Source: Chromatiales bacterium (lineage in GTDB: Bacteria; Pseudomonadota; Gammaproteobacteria; JAJPIJ01). Taken from it: a stretch of DNA of 64,000 bases. Below the pieces are notes generated by a model that did no database searches, was not told the DNA's origin, and saw nothing but the letters and a program-made list of their open reading frames with translations. Shown piece after piece: positions 10,075-22,188 of the stretch; position 1 is the stretch's first letter, and each line of letters starts with the position of its first letter. Made by a program: the position numbers and the translations under genes. The DNA is taken from contig JBQTIC010000019.1 of assembly GCA_052388435.1 (NCBI GenBank), positions 13,769 through 77,768 on the forward strand. The letters are read 5' to 3'.

Positions 10075-12129
10075 TTAGTCCTCCGTCTCCGCCGGCTTGA
10101 AGTCGGCCATCAGTTGTTGCTGCAATCGCGCCGGCACCGGGTCGTAGTGACTCAACTGGACCGAGTAGGAGCCGGTGCCCCCGGTCAATGATTTCAGACG
10201 TGACTGATAGCCGTTCAGTTCGGCGAGCGGAACCTGCCCGCTGATCGCCGTCATGCTCCCTGCGCCGGCGATGTCGGTGCTGTTCACCCGCCCGCGCTTG
10301 CTGGACAGATCGCCGGCAATGTCCCCCATGCAGTTGCTGGGCGCGGTGATGTTCACGTCAACGATGGGCTCTAGCACGACGGGCCGGGCCTTCTTCACCG
10401 CGTCGATAAACGCCTTTTTTCCGGCTGTCACGAACGCGACCTCCTTGGAGTCCACTGTGTGGTATTTGCCGTCGTAGACCGTCACCTGGATGTCCTGCAT
10501 TGGAAAGCCTGCGATCACACCCTCGGTCAGCGCCTGACGTATGCCTTTCTCGACCGCCGGAATGAACTGCCGCGGTATCACCCCACCCACTACGGCGTCG
10601 ACGAATTCGAACCCCGCGCCCCGCGGCAGCGGCGACACGCGCAGGAACACCTCGCCGAACTGACCGGCGCCGCCGGTCTGCTTCTTGTGGCGGTGATGAC
10701 CCTCCGCCGGTGCGGTGATGGTCTCCTTGTAGGCAATGCGCGGCTGGCTCGTCTCCAACTCAACGTGAAAGCGGGTGCGGAGATCTTCCAGCAGCACCCG
10801 CAGATGCAGTTCGCCCATGCCGCGGATCACGGTCTGATTGATCTGCGGGTTGTACTCCACGCGCATGCTCGGGTCCTCGGCGGCGAGTTTGTGTAGCGCG
10901 TCGGAGATCTTCTGCTCATCGCCGCGGCTCTTTGCATGCACGGCCAGCCCCTGCATCGGCTCCGGGAAACTGATCGGCCGCAGACGTATGTGGTCCTCGT
11001 CATGGGAGTCGTGCACCACGGCGTCGAAGTGCAGGTCATCCACCTTCGCCACCGCGCAGATGTCGCCGGGGATCCCATCACTGATCTCCGCGGTGTCCTT
11101 GCCCTTCAGCTTGAGCAGGTGCGCAACCTTGAACGGCTTGCGACCGTCGCAGATGAAAAGCTGGCTGTCCTTGGTCACCGTTCCCTGGTGGATGCGAAAC
11201 ACGCCGATGCGGCCGACGAAGGGGTCGATAGTGACCTTGAATACATGCGCGAGCGCGTGTCCCTTCGCGTCCGCACTGAAATGAAGACGCTCAGCCGCTT
11301 CGCCCCCGCCCTTGAGAAACGTCGGCGCATTGCCCTCGGTCGGACCGGGCAGCAGCCGGATGACGATCTCCAGCAGCTCTGCGACTCCGGCGCCGCTGCG
11401 CGCGGAGGTGAAGCAGACCGGGATCAGATGGCCCTCGCGCAGCGCCTTCTCAAACGGGTCGTGCAACTGCTCGGGGTCGAGTTCCTCGCCCTGCTCCAGA
11501 TACACCTCCATCAGTTTCTCGTCGACCTCGACGACCTGGTCGACGAGCGCGCTATGGGCCGCCTTCACGGAGGAGAAATCGGTCGGACCGCCGTCGGGCT
11601 TGAAGAAGCAGTCCGCCACGGCGGCGCTCTTTTGCGCCGGCAGATTGATGGGCAGGCACTCCATGCCGAACGCGGCGCGGATGTCGGCGAGGCATTTCTC
11701 CAAGTCCACATTCTCGGCGTCGATGCGGTTGACGATGATTAAGCGATCGAGCTCCCGCTCCTTCGCCCAGGCCATCATCTTGTGCGCCACCATGTCCACG
11801 CCGCTCGCTGCGTTGATGACCACCGCCACCGTCTCCACCGCCGGCAGGACGGCCAGCGCCCGGCCAATAAAATCCGGATACCCCGGCGTGTCAATGAGGT
11901 TGATGTGCTTGCCTTGGTGGTCGAGACTGACGATCGCAGTGTGGAGGGAGTGCTGCAGAACCTTTTCCTGGGGGTCGAAGTCGGACAAGGTCGTTCCCTT
12001 GTCAACCGCCCCCATGGTTTTGATGCCACCGGTACGGTGTGCCAGTGCCTCGATGAGAGTGGTCTTGCCGCCGCCAGCCGTCCCCACGATAGCGACATTA
12101 CGGATGTCCGCCGTGGTGTAGCTCGCCAT
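10075..12129 (-). CDS. elongation factor G-like translational GTPase paralog with divergent G motifs
   Basis: 684 aa; G1 GTAGGGKTT; EF-G domain order conserved. G3 reads DTPGY rather than DTPGH, and G4 reads NRID rather than NKxD. Confidence 0.8.
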   Translation of the reverse strand: MASYTTADIRNVAIVGTAGGGKTTLIEALAHRTGGIKTMGAVDKGTTLSDFDPQEKVLQHSLHTAIVSLDHQGKHINLIDTPGYPDFIGRALAVLPAVETVAVVINAASGVDMVAHKMMAWAKERELDRLIIVNRIDAENVDLEKCLADIRAAFGMECLPINLPAQKSAAVADCFFKPDGGPTDFSSVKAAHSALVDQVVEVDEKLMEVYLEQGEELDPEQLHDPFEKALREGHLIPVCFTSARSGAGVAELLEIVIRLLPGPTEGNAPTFLKGGGEAAERLHFSADAKGHALAHVFKVTIDPFVGRIGVFRIHQGTVTKDSQLFICDGRKPFKVAHLLKLKGKDTAEISDGIPGDICAVAKVDDLHFDAVVHDSHDEDHIRLRPISFPEPMQGLAVHAKSRGDEQKISDALHKLAAEDPSMRVEYNPQINQTVIRGMGELHLRVLLEDLRTRFHVELETSQPRIAYKETITAPAEGHHRHKKQTGGAGQFGEVFLRVSPLPRGAGFEFVDAVVGGVIPRQFIPAVEKGIRQALTEGVIAGFPMQDIQVTVYDGKYHTVDSKEVAFVTAGKKAFIDAVKKARPVVLEPIVDVNITAPSNCMGDIAGDLSSKRGRVNSTDIAGAGSMTAISGQVPLAELNGYQSRLKSLTGGTGSYSVQLSHYDPVPARLQQQLMADFKPAETED

Positions 12130-12300
12130 CTACGCTCCTCCTCGCGCTGTTGTTCTCTGGATGCGTGCCGCGCGGCGCAGCCGCGTGTGTAACCTGCGCG
12201 TCTCCTGAGTATACGAGCCGACGCCCAAACAGCAAGCGAGGCCTACCGCCTGGCGTTAATCACTCAACGTCGCTGAGGACATGTCCCGATACAGGGGCGC

Positions 12301-12331
12301 GAAAAAAAGAAGGGGCTGCGGGTGCAGCCCC
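12301..12331 (-). terminator. rho-independent terminator candidate downstream of the small ORF at 12442-12654
   Basis: 8-bp GC stem GGGGCTGC / GCAGCCCC with GGGT loop, followed on the minus strand by a U-rich tract (plus-strand A run at 12302-12310). Confidence 0.55.
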
Positions 12332-12441
12332 AACTCCTGGTGACAGGCTACGAGGAGGTCCTGTCTTGACGTGCCCACAAAGCGGTCCTCGTATTTGTGA
12401 AGTGTCTCTCTCCCCCAGGCGGAACCGTGGAAACCGCAGGA

Positions 12442-12654
12442 TCAGGCGGCGTTCGACTGCGCGAGCAGAACCCTGCCCTTGCGCGTGATGTAACCGTCCT
12501 GACTGATAAAGCCGCGTTTGACGGCCAGGTTATATACGCGGCGCGGCATGTTCTTGGACAGATACACCACGCCATCGCCAAAGCGATTGCTGAGGATCTT
12601 CACGATATCGGATTCCGTGACCCGCGTATCATCTAGCCATTGTTGCATATTCAT
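12442..12654 (-). CDS. small hypothetical protein, about 70 aa, possibly winged-helix-like; start chosen at MNMQQW, though the ORF is open up to 12747
   Basis: GAAGGA Shine-Dalgarno upstream of clustered ATGs; C-terminal RRVYNLAVKRGFISQDGYITRKGR looks like a recognition helix plus wing. Followed by the terminator at 12301-12331. Confidence 0.4.
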   Translation of the reverse strand: MNMQQWLDDTRVTESDIVKILSNRFGDGVVYLSKNMPRRVYNLAVKRGFISQDGYITRKGRVLLAQSNAA

Positions 12655-12751
12655 CACACTAACCATCCTTCGCTGTCGCAAATTTGTTTCTTGACAGATA
12701 AAAAATCTCTGATCAGTAAGAAATACTGTAGTACTTTTAAGTATCAAGTCA

Positions 12752-12776
12752 AGATCAATAATTAACTTATTGATCT
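12752..12776. promoter_or_regulatory. 25-bp near-perfect palindrome (candidate operator) in an AT-rich intergenic islet
   Basis: AGATCAATAATTAACTTATTGATCT; 11 of 12 arm positions complementary; about 100 nt upstream of the small minus-strand ORF. Confidence 0.5.
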
Positions 12777-12924
12777 AGGCTTGGAAGCTTGCTGCTTAAC
12801 GAATAGTTGGAGCTTCTTTAGTGACCATTAAACCACAAACTACCTGAAGCGGCCCTGAATGACCGCAGTTGGCGACGCCTCATTTTCTGTGTCGGCCTCA
12901 GGTGCAAGACCCCGAAAGCAGGCG

Positions 12925-14031
12925 CTAATCGGAGAGGTGCGGGCGGGCGAGATAATCGTGGGATTGCATCTCCACCAGCCGGCTCACGGTGCGTTCATAG
13001 AGCTTCGCCAGATGTTCGCCGCAATAGAGTTGCGCGGGTGGCGCCGCCGCCGAGACGATAAGCTTTACGTTGCGGTCATAGAACTCGTCGACGAGGTGGA
13101 TGAAGCGCCGCGCGGCGTCGTTGTGTAGATCATGCATGCGGGGAATGTCTGAGATGAGCACGGTCTGGTAACAACGGCCAATCTCGATGTAGTCGGCGGC
13201 GGCGCGCGGACCGTCGCAGATCGCCTCGAAGTCAAACCAGACGACGCCATCGGCGCGCCGCACTGCCGGGATGTCACGTCCCTCCACATCGATGTGCCCC
13301 CCTTCCTCGCCGGCGTCCGGCGCGATCGCATCGAAGCTGTTGCGCAGGCTCGCATGCGCGCGATCATCCAGTGGCGTGTGGTAGATCTCCGCGCGTTCCA
13401 GCGCCCGCAGGCGGTAGTCCGTATCGTTGTCGAAGTGAAAGACCCGCACGTGCGTCTTGATGAGCTGAATGGCCGGCAGAAATCGTTCCCGTTGCAGGCC
13501 TCCCCAGTAGAGGCAGTCGGGATGCTCATTCGAGGTCGCGACCAGCGTGACGCCGCGCTCGAACAGCGCGTGCAGAAGATTGCCAAGGAGCATCGCGTCG
13601 GTGATATCCGAGACATGGAACTCATCGAAGCACAGAACGCGGGTGGTGCGTGCCAGCCGCTCGGCGACGACCTCGAGCGGGCTGGTCACCTCCTTGAGGG
13701 TCTTCAGCTCGTGGTGGATGTGGCGCATGAAGCTGTGAAAGTGAAACCGCGCTTTCTCCGCATGGGGGAGACAGTCGTAGAAGGCGTCCACCACATAGGT
13801 CTTGCCGCGGCCGACACCGCCCCAGAAGTAGAGTCCGCGTACCGGCTTGATGATGTTTGATCGACGCCGCCGCAACAACCGCTCGAGCACACTGGAAGGC
13901 CGCAGCGAAGGCTTTGCCCGCACCAGCTCGCGGTAGAGCCGCTCGGTATGCCGGACCGCGCGCTTTTGCGCCCGATCAGCGACAAAGCCATGGCGTTGCA
14001 GATCCTGACGGTACCGTTCCAGCGGCGTCAT
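12925..14031 (-). CDS. zapE: cell division ATPase ZapE (AFG1-like AAA+ ATPase)
   Basis: 368 aa; RGLYFWGGVGRGKTYVVD Walker A, VLCFDEFHVSDITDAML and other blocks align with E. coli ZapE/YhcM. Confidence 0.85.
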   Translation of the reverse strand: MTPLERYRQDLQRHGFVADRAQKRAVRHTERLYRELVRAKPSLRPSSVLERLLRRRRSNIIKPVRGLYFWGGVGRGKTYVVDAFYDCLPHAEKARFHFHSFMRHIHHELKTLKEVTSPLEVVAERLARTTRVLCFDEFHVSDITDAMLLGNLLHALFERGVTLVATSNEHPDCLYWGGLQRERFLPAIQLIKTHVRVFHFDNDTDYRLRALERAEIYHTPLDDRAHASLRNSFDAIAPDAGEEGGHIDVEGRDIPAVRRADGVVWFDFEAICDGPRAAADYIEIGRCYQTVLISDIPRMHDLHNDAARRFIHLVDEFYDRNVKLIVSAAAPPAQLYCGEHLAKLYERTVSRLVEMQSHDYLARPHLSD

Positions 14032-14859
14032 GCGGCGTTGCTCGGACTATCCGGGTGCAGCGAGGGGCGGACTGATCCGGGTCTTTTTCTTTGATGGGCT
14101 TCCGGGACTCAGCTAGGATTTAGTCGAATGACAAAATACCATAGCCGGCATGGCCCAGCTCAACCAGATCCAGTTGCGTTACGTCGCCAGCGAGACAGGC
14201 TCCTTCTCCGCGTCAATACCACTGCCCGCAGCGAATTACGGTTCTGGATCACCCGCCGCTACGCGAGGATTCTGTGCCCCGCGCTCTCGCAACTATTAAC
14301 AGCAGATCCCTACGTTCGCCACGCCACTGACACTCTAAGCCGCCAGGCCATCCTGGCCTTTCAGCACGAGACGGCGTTGCATCAGGTCAAATTTTCGCGG
14401 TCCTTCGAGGATCAACCGACGGAATTGCCGCTCGTGCGGAGCCGATCCTGCTGTCGCGGCTGCACATGAGACCGCAGCCCGACAGCCGGCGGCTGCTCTG
14501 TCTGCGCCCGCAGGAAGGGCACGGCGTGGAACTCGCGCTGACTCCGAAGCTCCTGCATGCGCTGACCCGGCTGCTCGCCGATGCCGTGGCCAAAGGCGCA
14601 ATGGGATCTCGACGTTACCGTGCCGTTACCACCCTCTGCACCGCCCGCGCGCCTTACCCTGAACTAGCCAGCCCCATCTGGCGGTCCCGACGGTCATTCC
14701 ACGCCGTCGACCAGGCGGCGCAGCGCAATACCTGCGCATCCCTATTGCAAAGAGATCACAAATTGGAAGTTCCTTCGCGGTCGGCTAATACAAGGGAAAA
14801 TTGGCGCTGATCAATAGCGCGAGCTCGCCCTGCACATCACGCCGCGCGCGTGTGCAGGT

Positions 14860-15909
14860 TCAGTCGCGGGCCTGTTGCGGTTGCCTCACGTAATCCCTGG
14901 TCAGCAGGGCGGCCACTTCCTGCGCCTGCTGAACCTGCTCTTTACTCATCGAGGGAAGCAGGTTGGTGCGCGCCTCCTGTGCGTCCGCGGAGCCGTTGGC
15001 GACAGCGACCTCGCACCACGCATACGCCTTCACAACATCCACTTCCACCCCACGCCCCAGCGCGTAGGAAGTACACATCAGCTCCTGCGCCGCCACGACG
15101 TTCTGCCGGGCCGCGCGCGCATACCAGTAAACTGCCCGCTGGTAGTTCTGCTTCACACCGCGGCCCAGTCCATACATGGTTCCCGTGTAGTGCTCGGCCT
15201 GCGGGTGACGCTGATCGGCGGCAAGCCCCAGCCAATGCACCGCCTCCGCATTGTCCACCCTGCCGCCCTTGCCGTCGCGATACCACATTCCGAGTGCGTA
15301 CTGCGCATCGGCAAGCCCCTTGTCGGCGGCCTCGCGGTAGTAACGTTCGGCTTCCTTGAGATCGACCTCCACGCCCCGCCCGCTCGCATGCACGCCCCCC
15401 AGGTTATGGAGCGCCTGCGGCTCACCCTGCTGCGCGGCCTTTCGGTACCACTGCAGGGCCGCTGAGTCATCGGCACGCACTCCTCTGCCCGCTGCGTACA
15501 TGTAGCCAAGGTTGACTTGCGCCCGTGCGTGTCCGCTCTCGGCCGCGCGCTGGTACCAGCGGGCTGCCTCGGTGTCATCCGGCGGTGCGCCGCGGCCTTC
15601 CCGGAACATGTTGCCGAGGTTGAACTGCGCAACCGTGTGGCCTTGCTCGGCCGCCTTGAGATACCAGTACATTGCCTGCGGGTGATCCGCTTGCACGCCG
15701 AGCCCCTGCTCGAACATGACCCCGAGGCTGTACTGGGCGCGCGCGTCCCCGCTTTCGGCGAGCGGTTGCCAGGCGTCAAACGCCGCCGCGTAATCGCGGC
15801 GCGTGGCCGCCTCCCTGCCGGTTTGAAAGTCGGCATAGAGCGGCCTCGCGCAGACCAAGAGGATCGCAGTGAGGATACAGCGAGGTAAAAGCGCCACGCG
15901 TCCCGACAT
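14860..15909 (-). CDS. secreted Sel1-repeat (SLR/TPR-like) protein
   Basis: Signal peptide followed by about 8 tandem Sel1 repeats (A.A/GQ..LG.MY..G.GV..D...A..WY..AA). Confidence 0.8.
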   Translation of the reverse strand: MSGRVALLPRCILTAILLVCARPLYADFQTGREAATRRDYAAAFDAWQPLAESGDARAQYSLGVMFEQGLGVQADHPQAMYWYLKAAEQGHTVAQFNLGNMFREGRGAPPDDTEAARWYQRAAESGHARAQVNLGYMYAAGRGVRADDSAALQWYRKAAQQGEPQALHNLGGVHASGRGVEVDLKEAERYYREAADKGLADAQYALGMWYRDGKGGRVDNAEAVHWLGLAADQRHPQAEHYTGTMYGLGRGVKQNYQRAVYWYARAARQNVVAAQELMCTSYALGRGVEVDVVKAYAWCEVAVANGSADAQEARTNLLPSMSKEQVQQAQEVAALLTRDYVRQPQQARD

Positions 15910-15978
15910 GCGGGTATTATAGGCACAGCCTTCGCGTCGTGTTTCTCGCCCACTGAGCGTGCATCCCTGCCGGCTTCA

Positions 15979-17103
15979 ATGCCCATGAACGTCAAGGAAT
16001 CCGCGCCGTTGCTCCGCACCCCGCTGCACGCCCTGCATGTCTCGCTCGGGGCGAGGATGGCGCCGTTCGCCGGCTATGAGATGCCAATCCATTACGGGCA
16101 GGGGATCGTTCGCGAACACCTGCACACGCGCGCGGCCGCCGGCCTGTTCGATGTCTCGCACATGGGCCAGATCCGGCTGACCGGCAAGCTCGCGGCGCTG
16201 GAGCGGCTCTGCCCCATCGATGTGACGGCAATGCAGCCTGGCCGGCAGCGCTACAGCTTTTTCACCACTGGATCAGGAGGCATACTCGATGACCTCATGG
16301 TCACGCGCGTCGGCGATCACTTGCTGCTGGTGGTTAATGCCGCACGCAGGCGCGAGGATGTCGCGCATCTCCGGCAGCACCTGAGGGCGGACTGTTGTGT
16401 CGAGGAACTCTCTGACCGCGCCTTGCTCGCCCTCCAGGGACCGGCCGCTGCGGCCGTGCTGGCGCGGCTGGCGGCGGACACCGCCAGACTTGTGTTCATG
16501 ACCGGCGCATGGTTTGCAATCGCGGACGCAGAATGCTTCGTCACCCGTTCCGGCTACACCGGCGAGGACGGATTCGAGATCTCAGTGCCCGTCGCGCTGG
16601 CCGAGCACCTCGCCAGGGCGCTGCTCGCTCATCCTGAGGTCGCGCCTGCCGGCCTCGGGGCACGTGATTCGCTGCGACTGGAGGCCGGGATGTGCCTGCA
16701 CGGCCATGACATTGACGCCACGACCACTCCCGTGGAGGCCAACCTCGGCTGGGCGATCCCGCCTAGCCGCCGCGAAGGCGCGTGCACGGGTGGTTTCCCG
16801 GGCTCCGAAGTCATTCTCCCGCAACTGCGCGAGGGCGCATCGCGCAAGCGCGTCGGCCTCATTCCGGAGGGTAGAATACCCGTGCGCGAAGGCGCCGAGC
16901 TGCTCACTAACGAAGGCGAGCCGCTCGGACGCGTCACCAGCGGTGGCTTCAGCCCAACGTTGAACCGTCCTATCGCCATGGGCTATGTCAACACGGCCGC
17001 GAGCGCGGCCGGCACGCCGCTCGGGACATCGGTGCGCAGCAAGCCGGTGGCCATCCAGGTGGCACGCCTCCCGTTTGTCACGCCGCGATACCATCGGGGC
17101 TAG
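15979..17103 (+). CDS. gcvT: glycine cleavage system T protein (aminomethyltransferase)
   Basis: Aligns along its full length with E. coli GcvT (TPLH..H..LGARM..FAG..MP..Y, GLFDVSHMG). Confidence 0.9.
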   Translation: MPMNVKESAPLLRTPLHALHVSLGARMAPFAGYEMPIHYGQGIVREHLHTRAAAGLFDVSHMGQIRLTGKLAALERLCPIDVTAMQPGRQRYSFFTTGSGGILDDLMVTRVGDHLLLVVNAARRREDVAHLRQHLRADCCVEELSDRALLALQGPAAAAVLARLAADTARLVFMTGAWFAIADAECFVTRSGYTGEDGFEISVPVALAEHLARALLAHPEVAPAGLGARDSLRLEAGMCLHGHDIDATTTPVEANLGWAIPPSRREGACTGGFPGSEVILPQLREGASRKRVGLIPEGRIPVREGAELLTNEGEPLGRVTSGGFSPTLNRPIAMGYVNTAASAAGTPLGTSVRSKPVAIQVARLPFVTPRYHRG

Positions 17104-17150
17104 AATTCCTACGAACACATTTCATCTCACGCGAGAGGGAGAGCACCGAC

Positions 17151-17531
17151 ATGAGTGAACTGAAGTTTACGCGGGACCATGAATGGATACGGCTGGAGGG
17201 CGACGGCATCGCCGCGGTCGGCATCACCGAATACGCCCAGCAACAGCTTGGTGACGTGGTGTTCGTGGAACTCCCGGCAGTCGGCGAAGAGGTGGATCAG
17301 GGCGAGGAGGCGGCGGTCGTGGAGTCGGTCAAGGCGGCTGGCGAGGTAAAGGCGCCCGTGAGCGGCAAGGTGCTGGAAGTGAACAGCGCGCTCGGCGACG
17401 AACCGCAGAAGGTCAACGCCGATCCGACCGGCGACGGCTGGTTCTTCCGCCTGAAGCTCGGCGACCCGGAAGAGCTGGACGGATTGATGGATGAGGCCGG
17501 CTACGCGGAGTATGTCAAGGGTCTGGACTGA
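17151..17531 (+). CDS. gcvH: glycine cleavage system H protein (lipoyl carrier)
   Basis: 126 aa; lipoyl-lysine motif ESVKAAGEV; typical GcvH N-terminus. Confidence 0.9.
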   Translation: MSELKFTRDHEWIRLEGDGIAAVGITEYAQQQLGDVVFVELPAVGEEVDQGEEAAVVESVKAAGEVKAPVSGKVLEVNSALGDEPQKVNADPTGDGWFFRLKLGDPEELDGLMDEAGYAEYVKGLD

Positions 17532-17539
17532 TTGACACC

Positions 17540-20467
<2,928 letters not shown>

Positions 20468-20562
20468 GTTAGATTGAGACCAGTCTTTCCCCTCCCCTTG
20501 AGGAGGGCCAGGGTGGAGGTGAAACTTTTTTGACATTCGTAGCCCTTTCACCCCCACCCCAA

Positions 20563-20585
20563 CCTTCCCCCTTGCCGGGGGAAGG
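20563..20585 (+). promoter_or_regulatory. 9-bp GC hairpin sitting across the gcvR ribosome-binding region
   Basis: CCTTCCCCC ttgcc GGGGGAAGG, 23 nt upstream of the gcvR ATG; a second 6-bp hairpin lies at 20490-20507 just after the gcvP stop. Confidence 0.35.
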
Positions 20586-20608
20586 GACACGACAACGAGG
20601 AGATAGTC

Positions 20609-21139
20609 ATGGCAACGTCGCTCGTGCTGACGGCGATTGGTGTTGATCGTCCGGGTTTGGTTGAGGCGCTCTCGCGGACCGTCGCGGCGCACGGCGGCAA
20701 CTGGCTGGAGAGCCGCATGTCGCGGCTGGCCAGCCGCTTCGCCGGCATCCTGCTGGTAAGTGTTCCCGGGGCCAATGCCGAGGCGCTCAAAGGGGCGCTG
20801 CTCGCGCTGGAGTCCGAAGGTCTGCGGATCGCGGTCGAGGAAAGTGCGCCGGATACAACGGTGATCACCTACCGCACCGTCAAGCTCGAGCTAATGGGAC
20901 AAGATCGCGCCGGCATCATCCATGAGATATCCGAGGCGCTCGCAAAGCATCGTGTCAGCATCGACGAGTTGGTCACCGAGGTGCAGAGCGCCTCCTGGTC
21001 CGGCGAGACGCTGTGCCAGGTGCACGCCGAGCTGCGTGTCCCGCGCGACGTGAGCACGGCAGCCCTGCGCGAGGTGCTCGAGGATATCGCCAATGAGTTC
21101 ATGGTCGACATCACCCTGGACGATCTGCCCACTTCCTGA
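20609..21139 (+). CDS. gcvR: glycine cleavage system transcriptional repressor GcvR (tandem ACT domains)
   Basis: 176 aa; LVLTAIGVDRPGLVEALSRTV aligns with E. coli GcvR LVITALGADRPGIVNTITRHV; second ACT domain present. Confidence 0.8.
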   Translation: MATSLVLTAIGVDRPGLVEALSRTVAAHGGNWLESRMSRLASRFAGILLVSVPGANAEALKGALLALESEGLRIAVEESAPDTTVITYRTVKLELMGQDRAGIIHEISEALAKHRVSIDELVTEVQSASWSGETLCQVHAELRVPRDVSTAALREVLEDIANEFMVDITLDDLPTS

Positions 21140-21518
21140 TTCAGGCGGTCTGGCAGCGGGCACCAGCGCTTCGTTCAGGGTCCTTCGGAGGACTGTGCCT
21201 CGTCGGATGAGTTCACTGCCGCTGTTTGACATCCTGGCTCTGGCAGTGATCTTGACCAGCCGGAGGGCTCGAATTGGCATGTCCGGGCAAACGTGTTACC
21301 GTGCCAGCGTCTACAGTAGTTTCCAACTGTGGCAAAGGCATTCGGCGCCATTTCTTCTGGAAGCGTAGCGGCTGTTGCCAGCGTTCGTTCTCTGCGAAGT
21401 CCTTACCCGATTTCCTGCGTTGTTGTTGGCATTCTCACCTGTAAGGCACCGCCTCCGCAGTCAGCGCTCGGAGGCTTACATTAACTAAACCGCGATAAGC
21501 GGATCGGAGACATGAACA

Positions 21519-21833
21519 ATGGCAAAGAGCATCTACGTGGGCAACCTCGCGCCCTCGATCACGCAGGAGGAGATCCGCAAACTGTTCGAGGAATTTGGCG
21601 AGGTCGAATCTGTCGAAATACTCATGGATCGGTACACCGGCGAGTCGCGCGGCTTCGGCTTTGTGAAGATGCCGGAGAAGGGTGCGCAGGCGGCAATCGC
21701 TGCGCTCGACAAGAAACTGGTGGGCGACCGAAACCTCAAGGTTAACGAAGCCACCCCGCGCAAGCTGAGCGGCGGATCGCGCCCCCGCGGAGGCGCATTC
21801 GGCAATGGCGGCGGTGGGCGTCGACGTTACTGA
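21519..21833 (+). CDS. RRM-type RNA-binding protein with glycine-rich C-terminus
   Basis: RNP-2 IYVGNL and RNP-1 RGFGFVKM motifs; C-terminal GGxRPRGGAFGNGGGGRRRY tail. Confidence 0.8.
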   Translation: MAKSIYVGNLAPSITQEEIRKLFEEFGEVESVEILMDRYTGESRGFGFVKMPEKGAQAAIAALDKKLVGDRNLKVNEATPRKLSGGSRPRGGAFGNGGGGRRRY

Positions 21834-21889
21834 TCCTGCTTCGCTGCTCGGAACGTCGGCGGCGGGCGGAAACCAAGAGGTGACCACGC

Positions 21890-22117
21890 ATGGATAATGA
21901 CTCCGTTGCAATCTTCCGGCCGACCGCCGAGTTCATGCAGACCTGCGGCATCTGCGGCACCGTGTTTCGTGTCGAGATCGAGAGCAAGAGGCTTAAGGAA
22001 GACCAGCAGATGTACTCCTGCCCGCATTGCGGACATCACCTGTGCCGAATCAATTCCCCGCGCGCACCGCGGATCACGCTGATCTCGGTCGGGCGGGGCG
22101 GCACGAGGGATACCTGA
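21890..22117 (+). CDS. FmdB-family zinc-ribbon protein (an alternative start at 21935 is possible)
   Basis: CGICG...CPHCGHH two CxxC pairs in FmdB-like spacing; AAGAGGTGA Shine-Dalgarno 6 nt upstream of ATG 21890; 57 nt downstream of the RRM gene. Confidence 0.5.
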   Translation: MDNDSVAIFRPTAEFMQTCGICGTVFRVEIESKRLKEDQQMYSCPHCGHHLCRINSPRAPRITLISVGRGGTRDT

Positions 22118-22188
22118 TCCGGACCACCGCAGGCCGGGCAGCAGGAATCGCGGCACACAGGTGCATTGTGCTGGCGAGCCGGCTCGGC

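Noticed and set aside
15910-15978. Glycine riboswitch upstream of gcvT
   Set aside because: Only 69 nt are available and no conserved glycine-aptamer core is visible.
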